64,000 bases of DNA from Octopus vulgaris (GCA_951406725.2 OX597832.1:33046001-33110000); one strand, 5' to 3'; shown: positions 28,825 to 45,125, numbered from the stretch's first letter. Notes: generated by a model from the letters alone, not told the origin. Translations and numbers: made by a program.

Positions 28825-28905
28825 GATATTGGGGCAACTAACCAATTGTCCTAGGGTGTACTTTTACTCGGGCGCAATAGTTGTATGGGGTAATTGTCCT
28901 AATAT
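28825..28905. mobile_element. Possible tiny MITE remnant
   Basis: Imperfect terminal inverted repeat atattggggcaactaacc / gggtaattgtcctaatat, with an internal aattgtccta repeat. Confidence 0.3.
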
Positions 28906-28950
<45 letters not shown>

Positions 28951-29719
28951 ATATATATACATATATATACTATAACATATAAATATATATTTATGCATAT
29001 GTACATAAATGTAAATATTTAGGTAAAGCTATACACATTTGCATACATACATACAAGCACCTAAACTCACACACGTATATATATGTGTGCGTGTGTGTGT
29101 GTGTATGTGTGTGTGTGTATGTGTGTGTGTGTGTTTGTGTGCGTATTGACATATTTATATACACTCCCTTGTTATATAAGAGGGGATTATTGCTATAGAC
29201 ACATTACTTCTCCGAAGCAAGATTGCCTCCCAGATATATATTAAATACTTTTCCATGTAGCACTTACCTACTTAATGAGAATAGTGAGGTGTTTATCTGA
29301 AGAACTATGGATAATCTTACACTAGGAAGAAATCATGTGTTATCGACGTCAGGCTCATTATTTGTACAGTGTTAATGTCTATAAGCTTCCTGTTGAACGC
29401 CCATTTAAAACAGTTTTTAATCTCAGTGGGTAATGAGTGTCTGTGCCTGCGCGTCTCTCAGTGTATGCATGTGTATATGTATGTACGTACGTATGTATGT
29501 ATGTACGTATGTATGTATGTATGTATGTATGTATGTATGTATGTATGTATGTATGTATGTACGCAAGTATGTATGTATGTATGAATGCTTTAGCTATATA
29601 TTTTGTACGTATATATATATGCTTAGTGCACAGATGAGTTCCAGTGAATCTGTGTAAACAAAATACTTATTAATGCTCAAATGATTCAAATTTAGATTCC
29701 CAAGTCTCTAGAACTGTGT

Positions 29720-29778
<59 letters not shown>

Positions 29779-31016
29779 CATATAGATAGATATAGATATA
29801 TACATGCATAAATACATATATATATATATATACACGTATGTATGTATCTATGTATGTTTATATCTATATGTATATATATATATTACGAAAATCGTGTGTA
29901 TATGATAATGCTTGATGGGAACAATAATGCTCTAACATGCATATACACAGTCACCTCAAGGTTATATTGCTAGGTTGTGTGCCATGTGACACACGACCTT
30001 TGCTTTTGGGATTCTGCACTCTTGAATTCTAGTCCTGTGTAATATCATAATTCATTAGATGTAAAAATGCAGATGTAGCGTACTATAAAATTTACACCAA
30101 ATAAGAAGTCAAGGAAATTGTTTAACATATATTTAATGACCAGTTAAAATTGTGTTATCTGCACTAGTTCAAGCAAATGTTCCACGTGAAAAAGTACTAA
30201 ATATTTGCGGTTTTAGTTACACCTCCAGATACCAATATGAATGTTTCGCTTTTAGACTGTACATCTAGCATGTAGCCTATTTACTTATATTGGGAGGAAA
30301 CAAAGAATAGAGAAAAAATGTAAAGAGATATTGCAAAAATGGAAGAACTGCCACTCGTATAACGTAAATATTCATTTGGCGTTGAAAGCAGAGAATCGTA
30401 ATTGGTCTTTATTTTGTCTTCTTATTTGAATTACAGACGCACACAGACGCAAGCACACACACACACACACACATACACACATGACCACACACAAACATAC
30501 ACACACATAAACACGCTCACATACCCGTATATTTGTATATGAACACTTCCGTGATGGTAAGATCAACTAATACTCCATATTGTGAGACCTAAATATCATT
30601 TAATAACGCATTATATAGTTTTCATGAGCGAATGATAGTTTAATGCGATTAAAACCACTCAGACATCATTTCATAACACTGCTGGTGCTTCGACGCAATC
30701 CAGAAGTTTTGCACACGTAGAATAACAAGTTAAAGCACGACGAAAGAATAAGGAACAAATACGAGAAAAAGCCAGAAGGATCTCGATGTAACAGGTGGAA
30801 TGTTAAAAAACACCGGAAGTAAAGATAAACAAGAAAGAAGTGAGAAGTAATGTTATGTGCTCTGGGAGCATAAAGTCATAAGGACAAATGGATAGGGGAC
30901 TAGCTGCGGCACACCAGCTGAAACCATATCTCCTGGAAATTTCAGATATTGCATTCAGCAGTGCGGTGATCGTATTCTTAGATGTGAAATGGTTCACAGA
31001 TACTTTGATACACCCA

Positions 31017-31086
<70 letters not shown>

Positions 31087-31283
31087 CGGAGATATACTTG
31101 CATAGCAAGTGATTTGATCTGAGATCGTGTGCTGGAACGAAAACAATTGCAGCGTGGAAGGTGTTTGTAAGCCATTTAAGAAACACACAAAAGCCGTTCG
31201 ATTCACTTCAACATTTAAGTTTAATTTGTCAAAATATTTTCGTCGCTTTAAGACCGCGACCTGTTCACTGACAAAAATCCGTG

Positions 31284-31347
<64 letters not shown>

Positions 31348-31366
31348 ACACACACACATACGCACT

Positions 31367-31412
<46 letters not shown>

Positions 31413-31859
31413 TATATAGGAAAAATGAAGTTGAGTATTGCTAACATATTTTTTATTAATATATTTGAAGTTTTAAACGGTTTAATATTTTACTCAGATA
31501 TTCACAATATAGAAAGACGTGACTTCTGTGCAGTTGTCTTGATTCTGACTAGTCTTTGTTGTTTGTACTCTTTTTAGATGGTGGTCTTGGCTCAAATTAG
31601 TACATGTTTTGAATAAGATTTGTTTGGTAGAGGATAGTAACATGACTGGTCTTAGAAATTTTTGTAGGTTCCCCAAGTCTTGTGAGTGCCGACCTGCACC
31701 TGTTAAACAACCTCCCAAAATTCATAAACAATGATACCGTTATCGTCTCTTTTGAATTATTGCCTCTTTTAAACCCACATACCACAGTCGCACACTAATA
31801 TTGACTAAGAGTCAATAAATTTCTGGCTTGAGAAATTCACTCAGGAAACACCGGAAAGA

Positions 31860-33045
31860 ACAAACAAATATCTGAGATGGAAATGGTGACAAATGTTGCT
31901 CCGACGTACCAATTTAGTCATGGTATATATGAACAATCTAAATTAATATGGGATTTGAACTTCCACAAATATCTACTAGAAAACTGGAAACGTTACTTAG
32001 ATGACTGCCTAATCCAATAGACGTACTTCTTTGAACAGTTTATGGATTTGAAAAGTTTAATCAACCGTATTAACAATAATATTTAACTTTTTCATGGAAT
32101 ACATTAAAACCGAACAACCAATCGTGGATATACTAATCATCAAAAGAGGTAAAATCTTTGAAACACATATTTACTATAAACAAACAGATTCGAAACAATA
32201 TTTACCATTCTCCTCATGCCATCCCAAATACACGAAGAACAATATTCCCTTCAATCTAGCATGAAGAATCTGTACAATTGACTCAAACCCTGAAATTCGC
32301 AATAAAACATCCCAGGAACTAAAACAGGTACAACTTCAAAGACAATATCCATCAATGCTAATAGACAACATAATAGAAAGTGCCAAAGCAATAAATGTCG
32401 AAGAACTAAGGGAATCGAAAAACGCTCTGGTTACGTCTAGTCATCTACCCTTTATTACACACAACCACAGAAACACAGTGGTTTACATTATTATCTACAA
32501 GGATATCCCACTGTTAAAACAAGACCAAAGAATGAAACAAGCATTCCAAATACACAAAATGATCGAAAGTAAAAAAAACAATCAAATTTCCTCAAAAATT
32601 CCTCTCAAGTGCTAAATTACCTTCCACATTTCCTACACCAACAGTCAAAAAATATGACCGCCCTATTTGTGGGACCTGTATCAACCTTATTGAAGACATA
32701 ACATACAAATTCAATTCAGGACAGACTTTTAGCGCAAACATCAATTTATATGTTATTCAGGGAATTTAATATACGCTATCAAATCTCCAGAATGTAATGA
32801 AAATTACATAGGTCAAACAAAACTTACTCTAAGAAATAGTCTGACTATTCACCGACAACAAATACCAAGCCACACTAATAGACATATTCTACTGAGTGGT
32901 CGCATAGATATATGTGCAAAAACTAAGTCTCCCAAACTCTAGGCCTTACCACTCTACTTATGTTCAACGAATACCACAGATGATGCGCAGAAAAATAACT
33001 AAAATACTTTCATACAAAAGTACGAAACAAAACTTAACAAACTTT
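31860..33045 (+). pseudogene. Penelope-like element RT + GIY-YIG endonuclease relic
   Basis: ENWKRYLDDCLI (YLDD at 31994-32005)...ETHIYYKQTDSKQYLPFSSCHPKYTKNNIPFNLA*RICTI...CGTCINL...NLIYAIKSPECNENYIGQTKLTLRNSLTIHRQQI. Ends at (TA)n; many stops and frameshifts. Confidence 0.92.
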
Positions 33046-33296
33046 ACATATATATATATATATATATAAGATAGAGAGAGGGAGACGGAGGGAGCGCGAG
33101 AGAGCGAGATAAATAAAGAGTGAAAAAGAAAGAGGGAAGGAGAGCTCCGGCGTTGTTTATCCTCTGACTTGCTTGATAGTCTGTGACAAACCGCAAAATG
33201 AGTGACCTGGAATATTGCTGTGGCTTAAACCAATCCAATGACAGAAACCAATAAATAGACAAAGTAATATACTCACATGTGAACTTGCTTGTATGG

Positions 33297-33346
<50 letters not shown>

Positions 33347-33814
33347 TAGGGAGAGAGCCATTGTCTGTGCATATTTAGTTGAGAGTGCTTGTGCACCGAT
33401 ATTAGAGCATTTGTGAACGAGTGTGATATAGATGCAAACGCTCGCCTTTACACAACCCTTTGAAAACCTTTCTGAAATTTCGCTGTTTTCCGAAATTCCA
33501 TGCGGCTCTTGAAATATCTCATCTTCCTGGTTGAAGATGCTATTAGATTATTGAAGTTACTCTAGAGCTCGATTCTACTTCAATGCCTCGCATTTTATCT
33601 GCCCGTATTTATAAATATGTGGAAACACTTGTTAAAATAGGCTGAATCCTCTTTTCTTAGATTAATTCGTCTTTCATCCAACAATTATAAAAGGAAATAG
33701 AAACCAATTGAAAATGTATTACAATCCTTTTCAGCATTTTTCTCCTAAGTGTATTCCACTGATAAATAAATCATAGCATCATGAGATAGATGAAGAGATT
33801 ATTATCATTATTAC

Positions 33815-33819
<5 letters not shown>

Positions 33820-33899
<80 letters not shown>

Positions 33900-33909
33900 T
33901 ATCATTATG

Positions 33910-33996
<87 letters not shown>

Positions 33997-34010
33997 GCCA
34001 TTATTATTAT
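33820..34010. repeat. (ATT)n microsatellite
   Basis: Directly visible. Confidence 0.95.
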
Positions 34011-34424
34011 TCCACATTTGATATTTTCAGGCCAATTTCTACCTCATCAAGTGCTACATTTTCGTTGCTGGGAGGTCTGCAGATTTATGTGTGTTCTTTT
34101 TTTTGGGGTGGGGGGTTATTGCACACTCTTCCTTGTATTGTATTGCATCAGTTTATTTTGTCATGGGTTTTAGTTGCAGTCCTCTGTTGTATCAGATCTT
34201 GTATTGTGTGCTCTGTGTGTGTGATGTGATTTGGGTTATATGGATATAAGGAAATAATGTCGTTTCTCGAATTTATGTATTCGCTGGAGATTCTCAAGTA
34301 TTTTAATAGATGCTGTAATTTAAGCGAACATACTGAATATTTTCTAGCATCCGCAAATGTAAAGTTTGGATTTAGGGGGAATTGTCCTTTTAATACACAA
34401 ATTGGTCACTTCATATTTATGTTT

Positions 34425-34670
34425 CCAGATTCAACAACAATTTCCACTTTCGACTGGAAACTTAAAGAAAAAGGGACCAATTTTGATATCAAATGGAATA
34501 TTAACGAGTCTAGAAAACGTTCAGTATGTTTGCTTGAAAAACTGTATCAATCAAAACACCTGAAAACCTCCAAAGAATACATACATTGGAGGGACGATAT
34601 TTCTTCTTTATGTCCATACTTCAAACAATACATCTTGTCGAAATTTAAAAGTAGATCACCGGACGCTTAG
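34425..34670 (+). pseudogene. C-terminal half of a PLE-type GIY-YIG endonuclease, decayed
   Basis: STTISTFDWKLKEKGTNFDIKWNI...SVCLLEK...RDDISSLCPY parallels the motif order at 58600-59250 (LS.YI..LK...W.I...LC.KE...N...H). Confidence 0.55.
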
Positions 34671-35384
34671 GAAACCATTACGTCTAGCTTAACTCTGCTT
34701 GAAATGTAATTAGTGTAGCGTTGGTTATCGCTCTTGTGTTTTTCCTTACGTCTACATCTTTACGAACGTCTCTTGTTTAAACTTTTACTGCTCAAAAAAC
34801 AACAACAAAAAACTTATAAAAAATCTTGTTTGCTGCGTTGTAAATGGCGGAATCAGTTACTATTTCGATCAGGAATCCCTGGTTAGACATTTGAAGGATT
34901 CCTGATTTCTAATTTAAGACTATCTTTTCTCTCTTAGTTGTCAGAGTGCTTTTCTACTTCTTGAAGCATTATCACATAATATATATAAATACTTATGGTA
35001 TATTACCATATCATATAAAGATTACCACATAATATATATAGGTAAGGTATATTCTATTGAGAACGTATCAGCTTGCAGTATAAAGCTCGTCCACTTTCAG
35101 ATTTACCCTGTGATGCCTAGTAATAGTATTATACGTACTTTTAGGTTTGTATTTTGGCATCTGACGTTTGTGGATAAATAATGCAAAAATGGAGTCAGCA
35201 AGGAGTACAGTTGGACGTTTATGTTTTAATTTCTAGAAAAGTTTCAGCCGATTCTGGTTCTCCAGGCAGCACTATAATTACTTCCACGCAGGGTAGTTTT
35301 CCAGGCGGGTAATTATATAAATATATATATATGTGTGTATGTATGTATGTATGTATGTATGTATGTATGTATGTATGTATGTAT

Positions 35385-36045
35385 GTCAGGTCATTTTCGA
35401 GTGCTACTGGTAACATATAGCCCAGTGCAACATGGTCGGGCCGTCGGCGACTAAACTGCCAACCCCACCAAGCTTGCTTGGTAAGGAGGTTGTTTATTGG
35501 ACACCCTGCTTGATGAAAAACTAGACCTGCCAAAGGGTGGAGGAACTCTTGAGAGTCAACAGCCATCCAGTAAATGTGTAATTTTTTTTCTTAAGGCTTA
35601 AGGCTGTATCATGCGCGGGGACAGAGAAATAATCGGAGTGAATACTCGATCGCGCGGTTAAACCATTGGGAGTGAAGGACTCCTAGCCTTTGTTAGGGTA
35701 TTCCTCTAGGAGAAGGTAACTCAGGTATATGGGATAACTCCGACATAAACCTGCGGCTCAGTGGTTACCAATGCTGTTAACTTGTTCTTCTTTTCGGATT
35801 ATGGCTGCTGTTGCTTAGTGAGTGGGATTGACTCAGTGCAGAGCCTTTCCTCACTTTAAAAACATCTTCTTGCACAGGCATTGCACGATAACAACATTGT
35901 TCATGATTGTTGATGGTGCTGTGAGTCTCAACTGAATGGCTGGCTGTAGCCTTAAAAAGCAAATAAAAGTCACATTCGATCACAGCACCAATAACAGTTA
36001 AGCTTCATGCAATGGCCATACTCGATAACGAGGGGGCAGCCATCA
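35385..36045 (+). mobile_element. Internally deleted RTE-like non-autonomous retroelement within (GTAT)n
   Basis: GC-richer island with RTE-like 5' UTR motifs (tctaggagaaggtaactc; cctcactttaaaaa...ttgcacaggc) joined to a short 3' end (KSHIRSQH...ggcagccatc). (TATG)n lies on both sides. Family assignment is from recognition, not alignment. Confidence 0.55.
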
Positions 36046-36096
36046 TGTATGTATGCATGTATGTATGTATATGTATATATATGATATATATGTATG

Positions 36097-36162
<66 letters not shown>

Positions 36163-36261
36163 TATATAATATATATATGTAGGTATATATATGCATATGC
36201 ATATATATATATTCATGTATACTCATATATATACGTATATATACACACGCATATACATGTA

Positions 36262-36423
36262 GGCACAGGTGCGATTGTGTGGTGGAAAGTTGGCTTCCGA
36301 ACCACGTGGTTCACAGCTCATCGCCTGCTCTTGACACTTTGGGCGAGTGTCTTCTATAGCCTCGGGCTGACCAAACCCTTGGAAGTGGAACTGGTTGGCA
36401 GAAACTGAAAGAAACCTTATGAT

Positions 36424-36465
<42 letters not shown>

Positions 36466-36710
36466 GTGTGTGTGTGTGTGTGTGTTTGCGCCCGGGCCTT
36501 TGTATCTATTATGTTTGTCTTCCATTACTGTTTCATATCCACCGCTGGTTTGTTTATATTCTCTTAACTAAGCGGTTCAGTCAAAGCCTACTATTGAATG
36601 ACACAAAGCATAAGAAATGCGCTGAGGTCAGTTCATTTGTGCATGAACTCTTCAAGGCGGAGCCCCAGCATGGCCGCAGTATAATAACTGAAATACGTAA
36701 AAGATTAAAA
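36262..36710 (+). mobile_element. tRNA-derived SINE (family B) with internal (GT)n and LINE-like tail
   Basis: Head gtgtggtggaaag...aaccacgtggttc...gtgtcttctatagcctcggg...aaactgaaagaa, then a microsatellite, then tail aaggcggagccccagcatggccgcagt...actgaaa. Confidence 0.8.
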
Positions 36711-36990
36711 AATGAAATAGTGTGAGTCTGAGACAGAGAGAGAGAGAGGGGGAGAGAAAGAGAGAAATGGGGGGGTGTAGGCGCGTCTGACGGTATGGTG
36801 AGGGGTTATATATAATGGATAATAAAATATTGATGACATGAATATCTCTAAAGTGTAATTGGGTGTGAACATTAGACAACAAAGAGTAAATATTTTCGTT
36901 TTGCCCAGAGTTTATGGAAACAACATTAAATAATGACTTTCATTGTCGTAATATAAGACAAGATTCACACACACACAATGTATATTTAAT

Positions 36991-37034
<44 letters not shown>

Positions 37035-37698
37035 CGTGTGAAATATATATGCATATGTGCATTGCAGTTTGTGTATGCGCATATATGAACGTATATACAT
37101 ACTCATACAAATACGTATGTATGTATGCATGTTTAATTAATTTCCAGTTAACTCTCGCATCGTTCCATTAATTGATAGCGGTAACTCGAAGCAAGGAATA
37201 CTGATGTGTGAATAAACAATTTGAATAATAATTATTTCACTCTCCCTGGCTGAATTGAATAATATTTCGGTTAATTGCATACTTTAACGTACAAACATTT
37301 CAGCTTCTACACGCACACGTACTCTCTGCCTGTCTTTCTCTCTACCTCATTCTCTCTCTCTCTCTCCCTCTCTCTCTCTCTCTCTGACTGTCTATCTCTC
37401 TTGTGGATATACACGCACGTAAAAACATGCATACATATCTATGTATTTGTGTGTATGTTAGTTAGTTAATTTTTTGGCTCAAAAAGCAAAAAGCAAGGAC
37501 ATATATATATATATATACATGCATACAAACACACATACACACATATATGTATACATATATGTAACTATATATATATATATGCGCGCATCTTTATGTATAT
37601 ATAGATAAACATATGTTTACAAATACACGAAAATAAATCAATGTATGGATAGATGTAACGTTATACAAATATATATTTATGTACATATCTATAAATAC

Positions 37699-37940
<242 letters not shown>

Positions 37941-39104
37941 AACCCCCTAGAGATGCTATAGGTACGTATATGCTTTATGCTGTTAAGAGGCAGCAGAATA
38001 CAATATTTGACAATAAACTAAATGTGGTGTTAATTAAAAGTAATTACAAAAACATTTCACACTTTTAAATTCCGTGAAAAAAAAAAGAGGGGGCGGGGGG
38101 GGAGGCTGAGTGATCCGTTTCTGTTGCCCGTGATGTTATCCATTTCATACGTTTATACGTTTCATTAGCTTTTGTTTCCGCACTTTAATGGCCAGAACAT
38201 TGAAATTTATACACTCATACAAACGTACATACACATACATCCACTAACTGACACAGACATACACGAAATGGCACACTAAAATGCACAAATACGTAGAAAC
38301 GCACACACATAAACACTTACTAACACACACGCACATATACCGATACATAGCTATATATAGAGATACGTAAATATATATAATGGATTGCTAAGAAAATAAT
38401 GAATGGACTATATTAAAATTTCATCTTTTTCTTTAGTTTTTGTTTCTTGTTATTAAGGATTTATCTCATCCGCATATCAGGTGCTTTTATTTAATTGCAA
38501 GGGACAAATTACCTAAATTCCTCTTCATTTACTCTTTCGGTCTATCTCTGCCTCATCTTGAATATGTGATGTGATTTTGCCTTTTGCACTTGCTTTTTTA
38601 TTGTACTCTCCTTATACTGAGGCATGTTGTCCCAGAGGTTTGCCTCATCACTCTCTCATTTGCGAGGCATTCATGCTCTCTGCTTATCGTAACCTCCTGC
38701 TGCCATATTAGCATCGCTTCCATAATTAATCTTTGTTTTATGTGGAGAATTCCATGAGACTTGGAATTATTTTCTCTTAGTAATCTCTTATCCAGTTTTG
38801 GTATACTTTGTGTTGTCGTGTATTGCAGTTAGTTACTTTTTCTCAACGCATGATGACAACGTGGGTCTTTTAATTGTCTGACTAATTCTGGAACTTTAAA
38901 ACGTTATATTTACAGTCAAATATATGTCGTATGCGTCATTCTAAATCTGATCCCAATTTGTTAATACGGGGTGCTTTTGTGTCTATAATTTTTATATTGT
39001 ATAACTAGTAACAGCCTACGGCTTGTTGTAACGTGTTTTATGTTTCGTTTGAAATTTTAAATTTGTGTCCGTCTATTGTTATCTGGCATGTTTTGTTTTT
39101 CTCA

Positions 39105-39385
39105 AATAATACACGATGGCCGGAATGGGGCGACAAACACAGACACAAACAGATATACATATATACATACGTACATACAAACACACACGCACACACACAT
39201 ATATATATATATGTATATATGCACGACGGGCATCTTTCAGTTTGCGCCTACCAAATGCACCCACAAATCTTTGATCAACCCGAAGCTATACTACAAACAC
39301 ATGCCCAAGGTGCCACTCAGTGGTACTGAACCCTTGACCATGCGGTCGGGAAGCAAGCTTTTTTCCACACAGCCACGCTTACACC
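39105..39385 (-). mobile_element. SINE family B, partial
   Basis: ctttcagttt...gcccaaggtgccactcagtggtactgaaccc...accatgcggtcgggaagcaagctt...cacacagccacgc is the reverse complement of the family B head. Confidence 0.8.
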
Positions 39386-39854
39386 CCTCTCTTTCGCTCT
39401 CTCTCTCTCTCCATATATATATATATATATATATACATACATAGGGAGAGAGAGATAGATTTAGTCATATATGTATACCATCCTGAAGAACGTTAACCTT
39501 TGTGTTGTCGTTTTTTAAATCCCTCTATAAACACTCTGAATATTTCATAACACTCTAATGAAATATATTTCACATGATTCCCCGATTATCTTTCCACTCG
39601 TAGAACATACATTAAAAGTGGAATAAAGGCATAAGTACATATAGATATAAAGTACATATGTATAAAATATGTGTATGCGCGTGTGTGTGTGTCTGCCTGA
39701 TAATATATCGACTAAAGTATAAAAGGCAAGCGAAAATAAATATTGAATATCCATGGAAATAAAAGTGGACAAATGAAAATACTGTTATTAGAGACAAGAA
39801 ATACGGTTATTATAAAGCGTAAAAAATTCAAAGCAAGAAGTTAAGAGGAAGAGA

Positions 39855-39913
<59 letters not shown>

Positions 39914-40122
39914 TTTTTATTCAATATATCTGTATATATATTTCTCCCATTGCTATGTGAATATTTCTGAAACCTGTGTATGTTGGTGACTGTGCATGTA
40001 TCTATACGCACACACGTGCAGAGGTATCTTCCCTCCCACACAGACATGCAAAAATATGGATATACGGAGAGATAGACAGATAAAAAGATAACGACAGATG
40101 AATTGACGAATAACAGATGTAT

Positions 40123-40168
<46 letters not shown>

Positions 40169-40169
40169 T

Positions 40170-40209
<40 letters not shown>

Positions 40210-40281
40210 CTGTGTATATCTGTATATATTTACATATGCGACTATACATATATACATACATATATATATATATATATATAC

Positions 40282-40443
<162 letters not shown>

Positions 40444-41559
40444 TATAAAGATAGAGAGATTGATTGATTGAAAGAAAAACGCAACAGGGCAAGAAAACAT
40501 TCGGACAGTTAGACGATACTTTTCAAGTTCGCCTCATATAAGTCGGGAAATGCTCTCATTACGTAAAACGTCACCAGTTAAAACATTTCAAACGATGAAA
40601 TTATTGATGGAAATATTTAAATATGAATGGTTAGTGTAGTGAGATGGCTACTAAGGTAAGGGAAAATGATTATGATGGGGGAGTAAGAAGGAAGGGAGAA
40701 GGAAAGAGAGAGAGAGAGAGAGAGTAAATGGGACAAAAAGAAAGGAAGGATATCACCCGTGAAATAGTGAAGGGGAAGAAGCGAAGAATTAGAAGGACAG
40801 GCAAAAAAAGACGTGTCATTCGTTGCCTTCAGGCCTCAGTCAAGTTACCAGAAGTCCTTACTGTTTCGAACAGTTACACTTGAGATAGTTCGATCTGTTT
40901 GCCCGCCAAAATGTGTAAGCTAAGAGCATTAGATTTTTATGTAAGAAAGCTAGCGAGTGTGTAAGGCAACTAAGACAACGTACACAATTACAAATACAAA
41001 CAAGAATATAACAACAACTGTCTTTCGAATAAGAAGGAATCAAATTCGAGCTGGCTTGTATGAAGTGAAAGCCTAAAGGCAGAAACCTAGGAGACGGACA
41101 TAAGAGGTATTGGCGGTCGGCAGTCAGGCCAAGAAAGAAAGATCATAGCTGGCCGGACCCCGGTCAATGGAAGAAGGAGAGAGGGGCCAGGAGCAGTGGG
41201 ATTGAAGAATTGGGAAAAAAACATCAGAGACAATGGGTAAGGTACAGAGGAGATAACGAGGAGGAAAAGTGGGAGGTAAAGAAAGGGAGGGCCAAGAAAT
41301 GTGAGAGAGTGACGGGGAGCGAGAAAAAGAAAAGAGGGAAAACGTATGAGTGGGGACTAAAAGATAGAGTAAAAAAGTTGTACACAATTTATATAAATAT
41401 CTACTATAAGGTGAGCGCCATCATTTATCTGTGTGTGTGTGTGTGATTACGTGTGTGTCTGTGTGTGTCTGTGCGGATGTGAATGCATGTGTCTCATTGC
41501 ATTTATTTCTGTGTACGTGTATATATGTATATATATAAATGTATTTCTGTGTACGTGTG

Positions 41560-41623
<64 letters not shown>

Positions 41624-42292
41624 CCTGTGCAATTTTGTGTGTAAACGTCTGTATATACAGAACTATATATATTTATGGTCATAAAGTGTATAGAGAGATA
41701 TACATGTTCATACATACGTCCATACATATGGCCTTCTATATATTTATGTTCGTATGTGTGTTTGGAGTGTTCACATGTCGGTATATGTGCGTGTGTTTTA
41801 GGCATCCATACATACAAGTAAATATCTAAATACGACACCTCGAGGATATATCTGAATGAAGGAAAATTACATAAGAATTACTGCAAGATTCCTATCTGTA
41901 ATTGTGTGACATACATACACTTATAATGCAACGTGCATACGTTAGCAGATAAGCTTGTGGCTGAAGCTGACTTCACCACGCTTATATTTTAAGCAAAATT
42001 ATCGTGACATAAAAAGGATATGGCACGACGATCGTTACTTTTTTTCGCAGTAAAGTTACTTTCCTTGGAAATTATGTGAAAAACGTGTATTACGAAAAAT
42101 ATAAGTTGGCTAAGCTCCATAAAAAATTCACTCCTACATATTTTTAGAAGATACGCTTGAAACGAAATTACGCTCAATGAATGTATTTAAATATGTATGT
42201 ATCTGTGTACAAATTTGTTTGTAAGTACACAGACTTACAAAAAATATGTATATAGATGTATGAATAAATAAATGTGCGTACGTGTGTGTGTA

Positions 42293-42356
<64 letters not shown>

Positions 42357-42727
42357 TATGAGTGTGTATGAGTGTGTATTCATTTGCCTGCTTATGTACG
42401 TATACAATTTTTTTGAAATGTTTATGGAAGTTGAAATAGAAAATTTTCTATTCGCAGTTGTCAAGTCTCCTCTCAAGGACAAAGCTGTAACTTATTTTTG
42501 GCAGTGAGAGTAACAAATGCAAAAGCTCAATGTTACTCATAATAAAGAAGAGCAAGAAACAATATATATATAGAGAGAGTATATTTCCTGAAGATAGAGA
42601 TGCAGCAGTTATACGCGCTCTCGATGCTGTTAGGTGAGTTTTATAGTGATGACGGCTATTATGCTTGGCCAATATACTTGGCTATTAAAACTATTATCAG
42701 GAAACAATCGATTGATACCATATGATG

Positions 42728-42776
<49 letters not shown>

Positions 42777-42780
42777 GCAC

Positions 42781-42854
<74 letters not shown>

Positions 42855-43423
42855 ATGTATATGCAAATATGTTTGTGTGTGTATGTGAGTGTGTTACCAT
42901 CATATGTTCAAGGTCATGCAGTGCCAATTCCAGTCACTAAGACAACTCTTATCCATACAATCTCACCTGGTTCGTTTCCTCACCAAATACCTGATCTCAT
43001 TTCACTACTTTTTATCGAAACTGCATTAGATTTTACACGCAGACAAATGAAGCCATTATATTCTCATACAATACCATTCACACATACACCATTTCTTCCC
43101 CTTTTTCACTATTTCACGTGTGATATCCTTGCTTTCATATTTGTCCTATTTCTTCTCTCTCTCTCACCCTCTCTCCCCTTCTCCCTCTCTTCTTACTCCC
43201 CCACCATAATCATATCCCCTATCTTAATAGGCAACTCACTACTCTAACCATACATATTTAAATATTTCCATCCATACTTTCATATTTTGAAATGTTTTAA
43301 CTGATGACGTTTTACGTAATTCGTGCATTTCCCATCATATCTGAGGCAAAATTGCAAAGTAATCAATACTTTAAAAATATTACTAAATGGTTTGATTTCA
43401 TTATGACAAGTTGTACTTCTCTT

Positions 43424-43516
<93 letters not shown>

Positions 43517-43646
43517 TAGATACAAGATATACAGATTACTTTTCTGTAATAGTAATACTTCCGCAGCTAACGAATTATACATATACACATATGTGTATGT
43601 GTGTGTGTGCTTACTTTTGCTCAACTTGATATACATACACACACTC

Positions 43647-43713
<67 letters not shown>

Positions 43714-45125
43714 TGTGTCTGTGTGTAGTGCACGTGTGTGTGTGCATGTACGTGCGTTTGTATGCATGTATGTATTACCTAGGCTATGATACGATAATTA
43801 GCATAATTCTAAAGAGTCTATAAAGAATTTTATAATTGCATTTGTGATTATTATTATTATTATTATTATTGCTATGCATTTTACAGCCAGTTGTTGCGAG
43901 TTCGATTCGTTACCAGTTTCTAGGTTTTCAGCAGGAATCACAAAACTATTAATCATACGATGCTTTAGTTTTCCATCAATCTTCCTTTGCCACCACCATC
44001 CCCGCCTTTGCTATGATCAACTTTACCGTTGTCAAGAAACTGTAAATGATTTCGACCAAGAGAGCAATTCCAGTGAATGACGATCAGCCATTCACCGCAA
44101 CGCATGACAGTTGCTACATCGGTCATGAAATTTTATCATCTGAAAATATTTGCTCAAACAATAGAGAGTCGTGTTATTGAAACTTTTCTCACTTGTGTTG
44201 ATGCAGACGATGTCATTAAGCGTTTTGAAGCAACGCAGAGCTGACCTCCATGAAAACACAGGCTGCTAATAAGTTGAGAATCGCTTGAATAAATATAGCA
44301 TGAGTTATCGATCAATGAGTTAGTTTAGTTTACATTTTATCTGTGTTACTTCAGTCGGACTTTTAGTTAGTTGTATATTGTTTACTTTACTGTTATAGAC
44401 AGAGGAGCAAACATTAAATTTGATATACGTCCAACGTAATGTACCGACATTTTACAGCCAGGCTACTGTTGTATAATGTCTTAATAGAATTGTCATATCT
44501 TTACTTAGTTATGGCTTTACTGAATGACATGAAGAATCTATTCCTTCAGACGGTCCACTCCATTCAATAAGAATATAAGCGTTATGCATTGGACATTAAA
44601 GACTTTATCCATACTTCTGTATTATCACCTCAGGCTGCGTGTTTGTTAAAAGGTTGCCGTGTCACCACTTTTACGATACGTGCTACATAAACCCGCCAAT
44701 CTATCGCTTATGTATAAAACTGATTATTTCATGGAATATATTTAGCACAATCATTATTTATATTATCTTCACGGCAAAATGTCTTCTAAACTCCTTTTAA
44801 CAATTTTCGATTTCGCTATTTTCATTTTCGTCAGTAATTAGATTTTCGTTGTGAGTGGAAAATCGCAAGAATATTATTTTCGATGAAATGCTATTTCTTA
44901 TTTATGTTTTTTTTTGTTTTTTTTTACATTGGCTCAGATGTTTTGTGATAAAACTTCGTGTTTCCTTGCAAACATATTATTATGGTTAAAGCTTGCCAAC
45001 CATGGACTCTGGTTTCAATCCAGCATCACAACAGACAACTAACTTTCACTATAGCGTTTAGTGAAGTTAAATCATTCGAGATCTATGTGGGACAAAGTAA
45101 ACACCTAGTGATGTTTGTGCGTGCA

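Noticed and set aside
40850-41370. Purine-rich island with GAAACAGTAAGG on the minus strand, possibly a PLE 3' region
   Set aside because: No CUGANGA partner or coding remnant was found, so the family cannot be supported.
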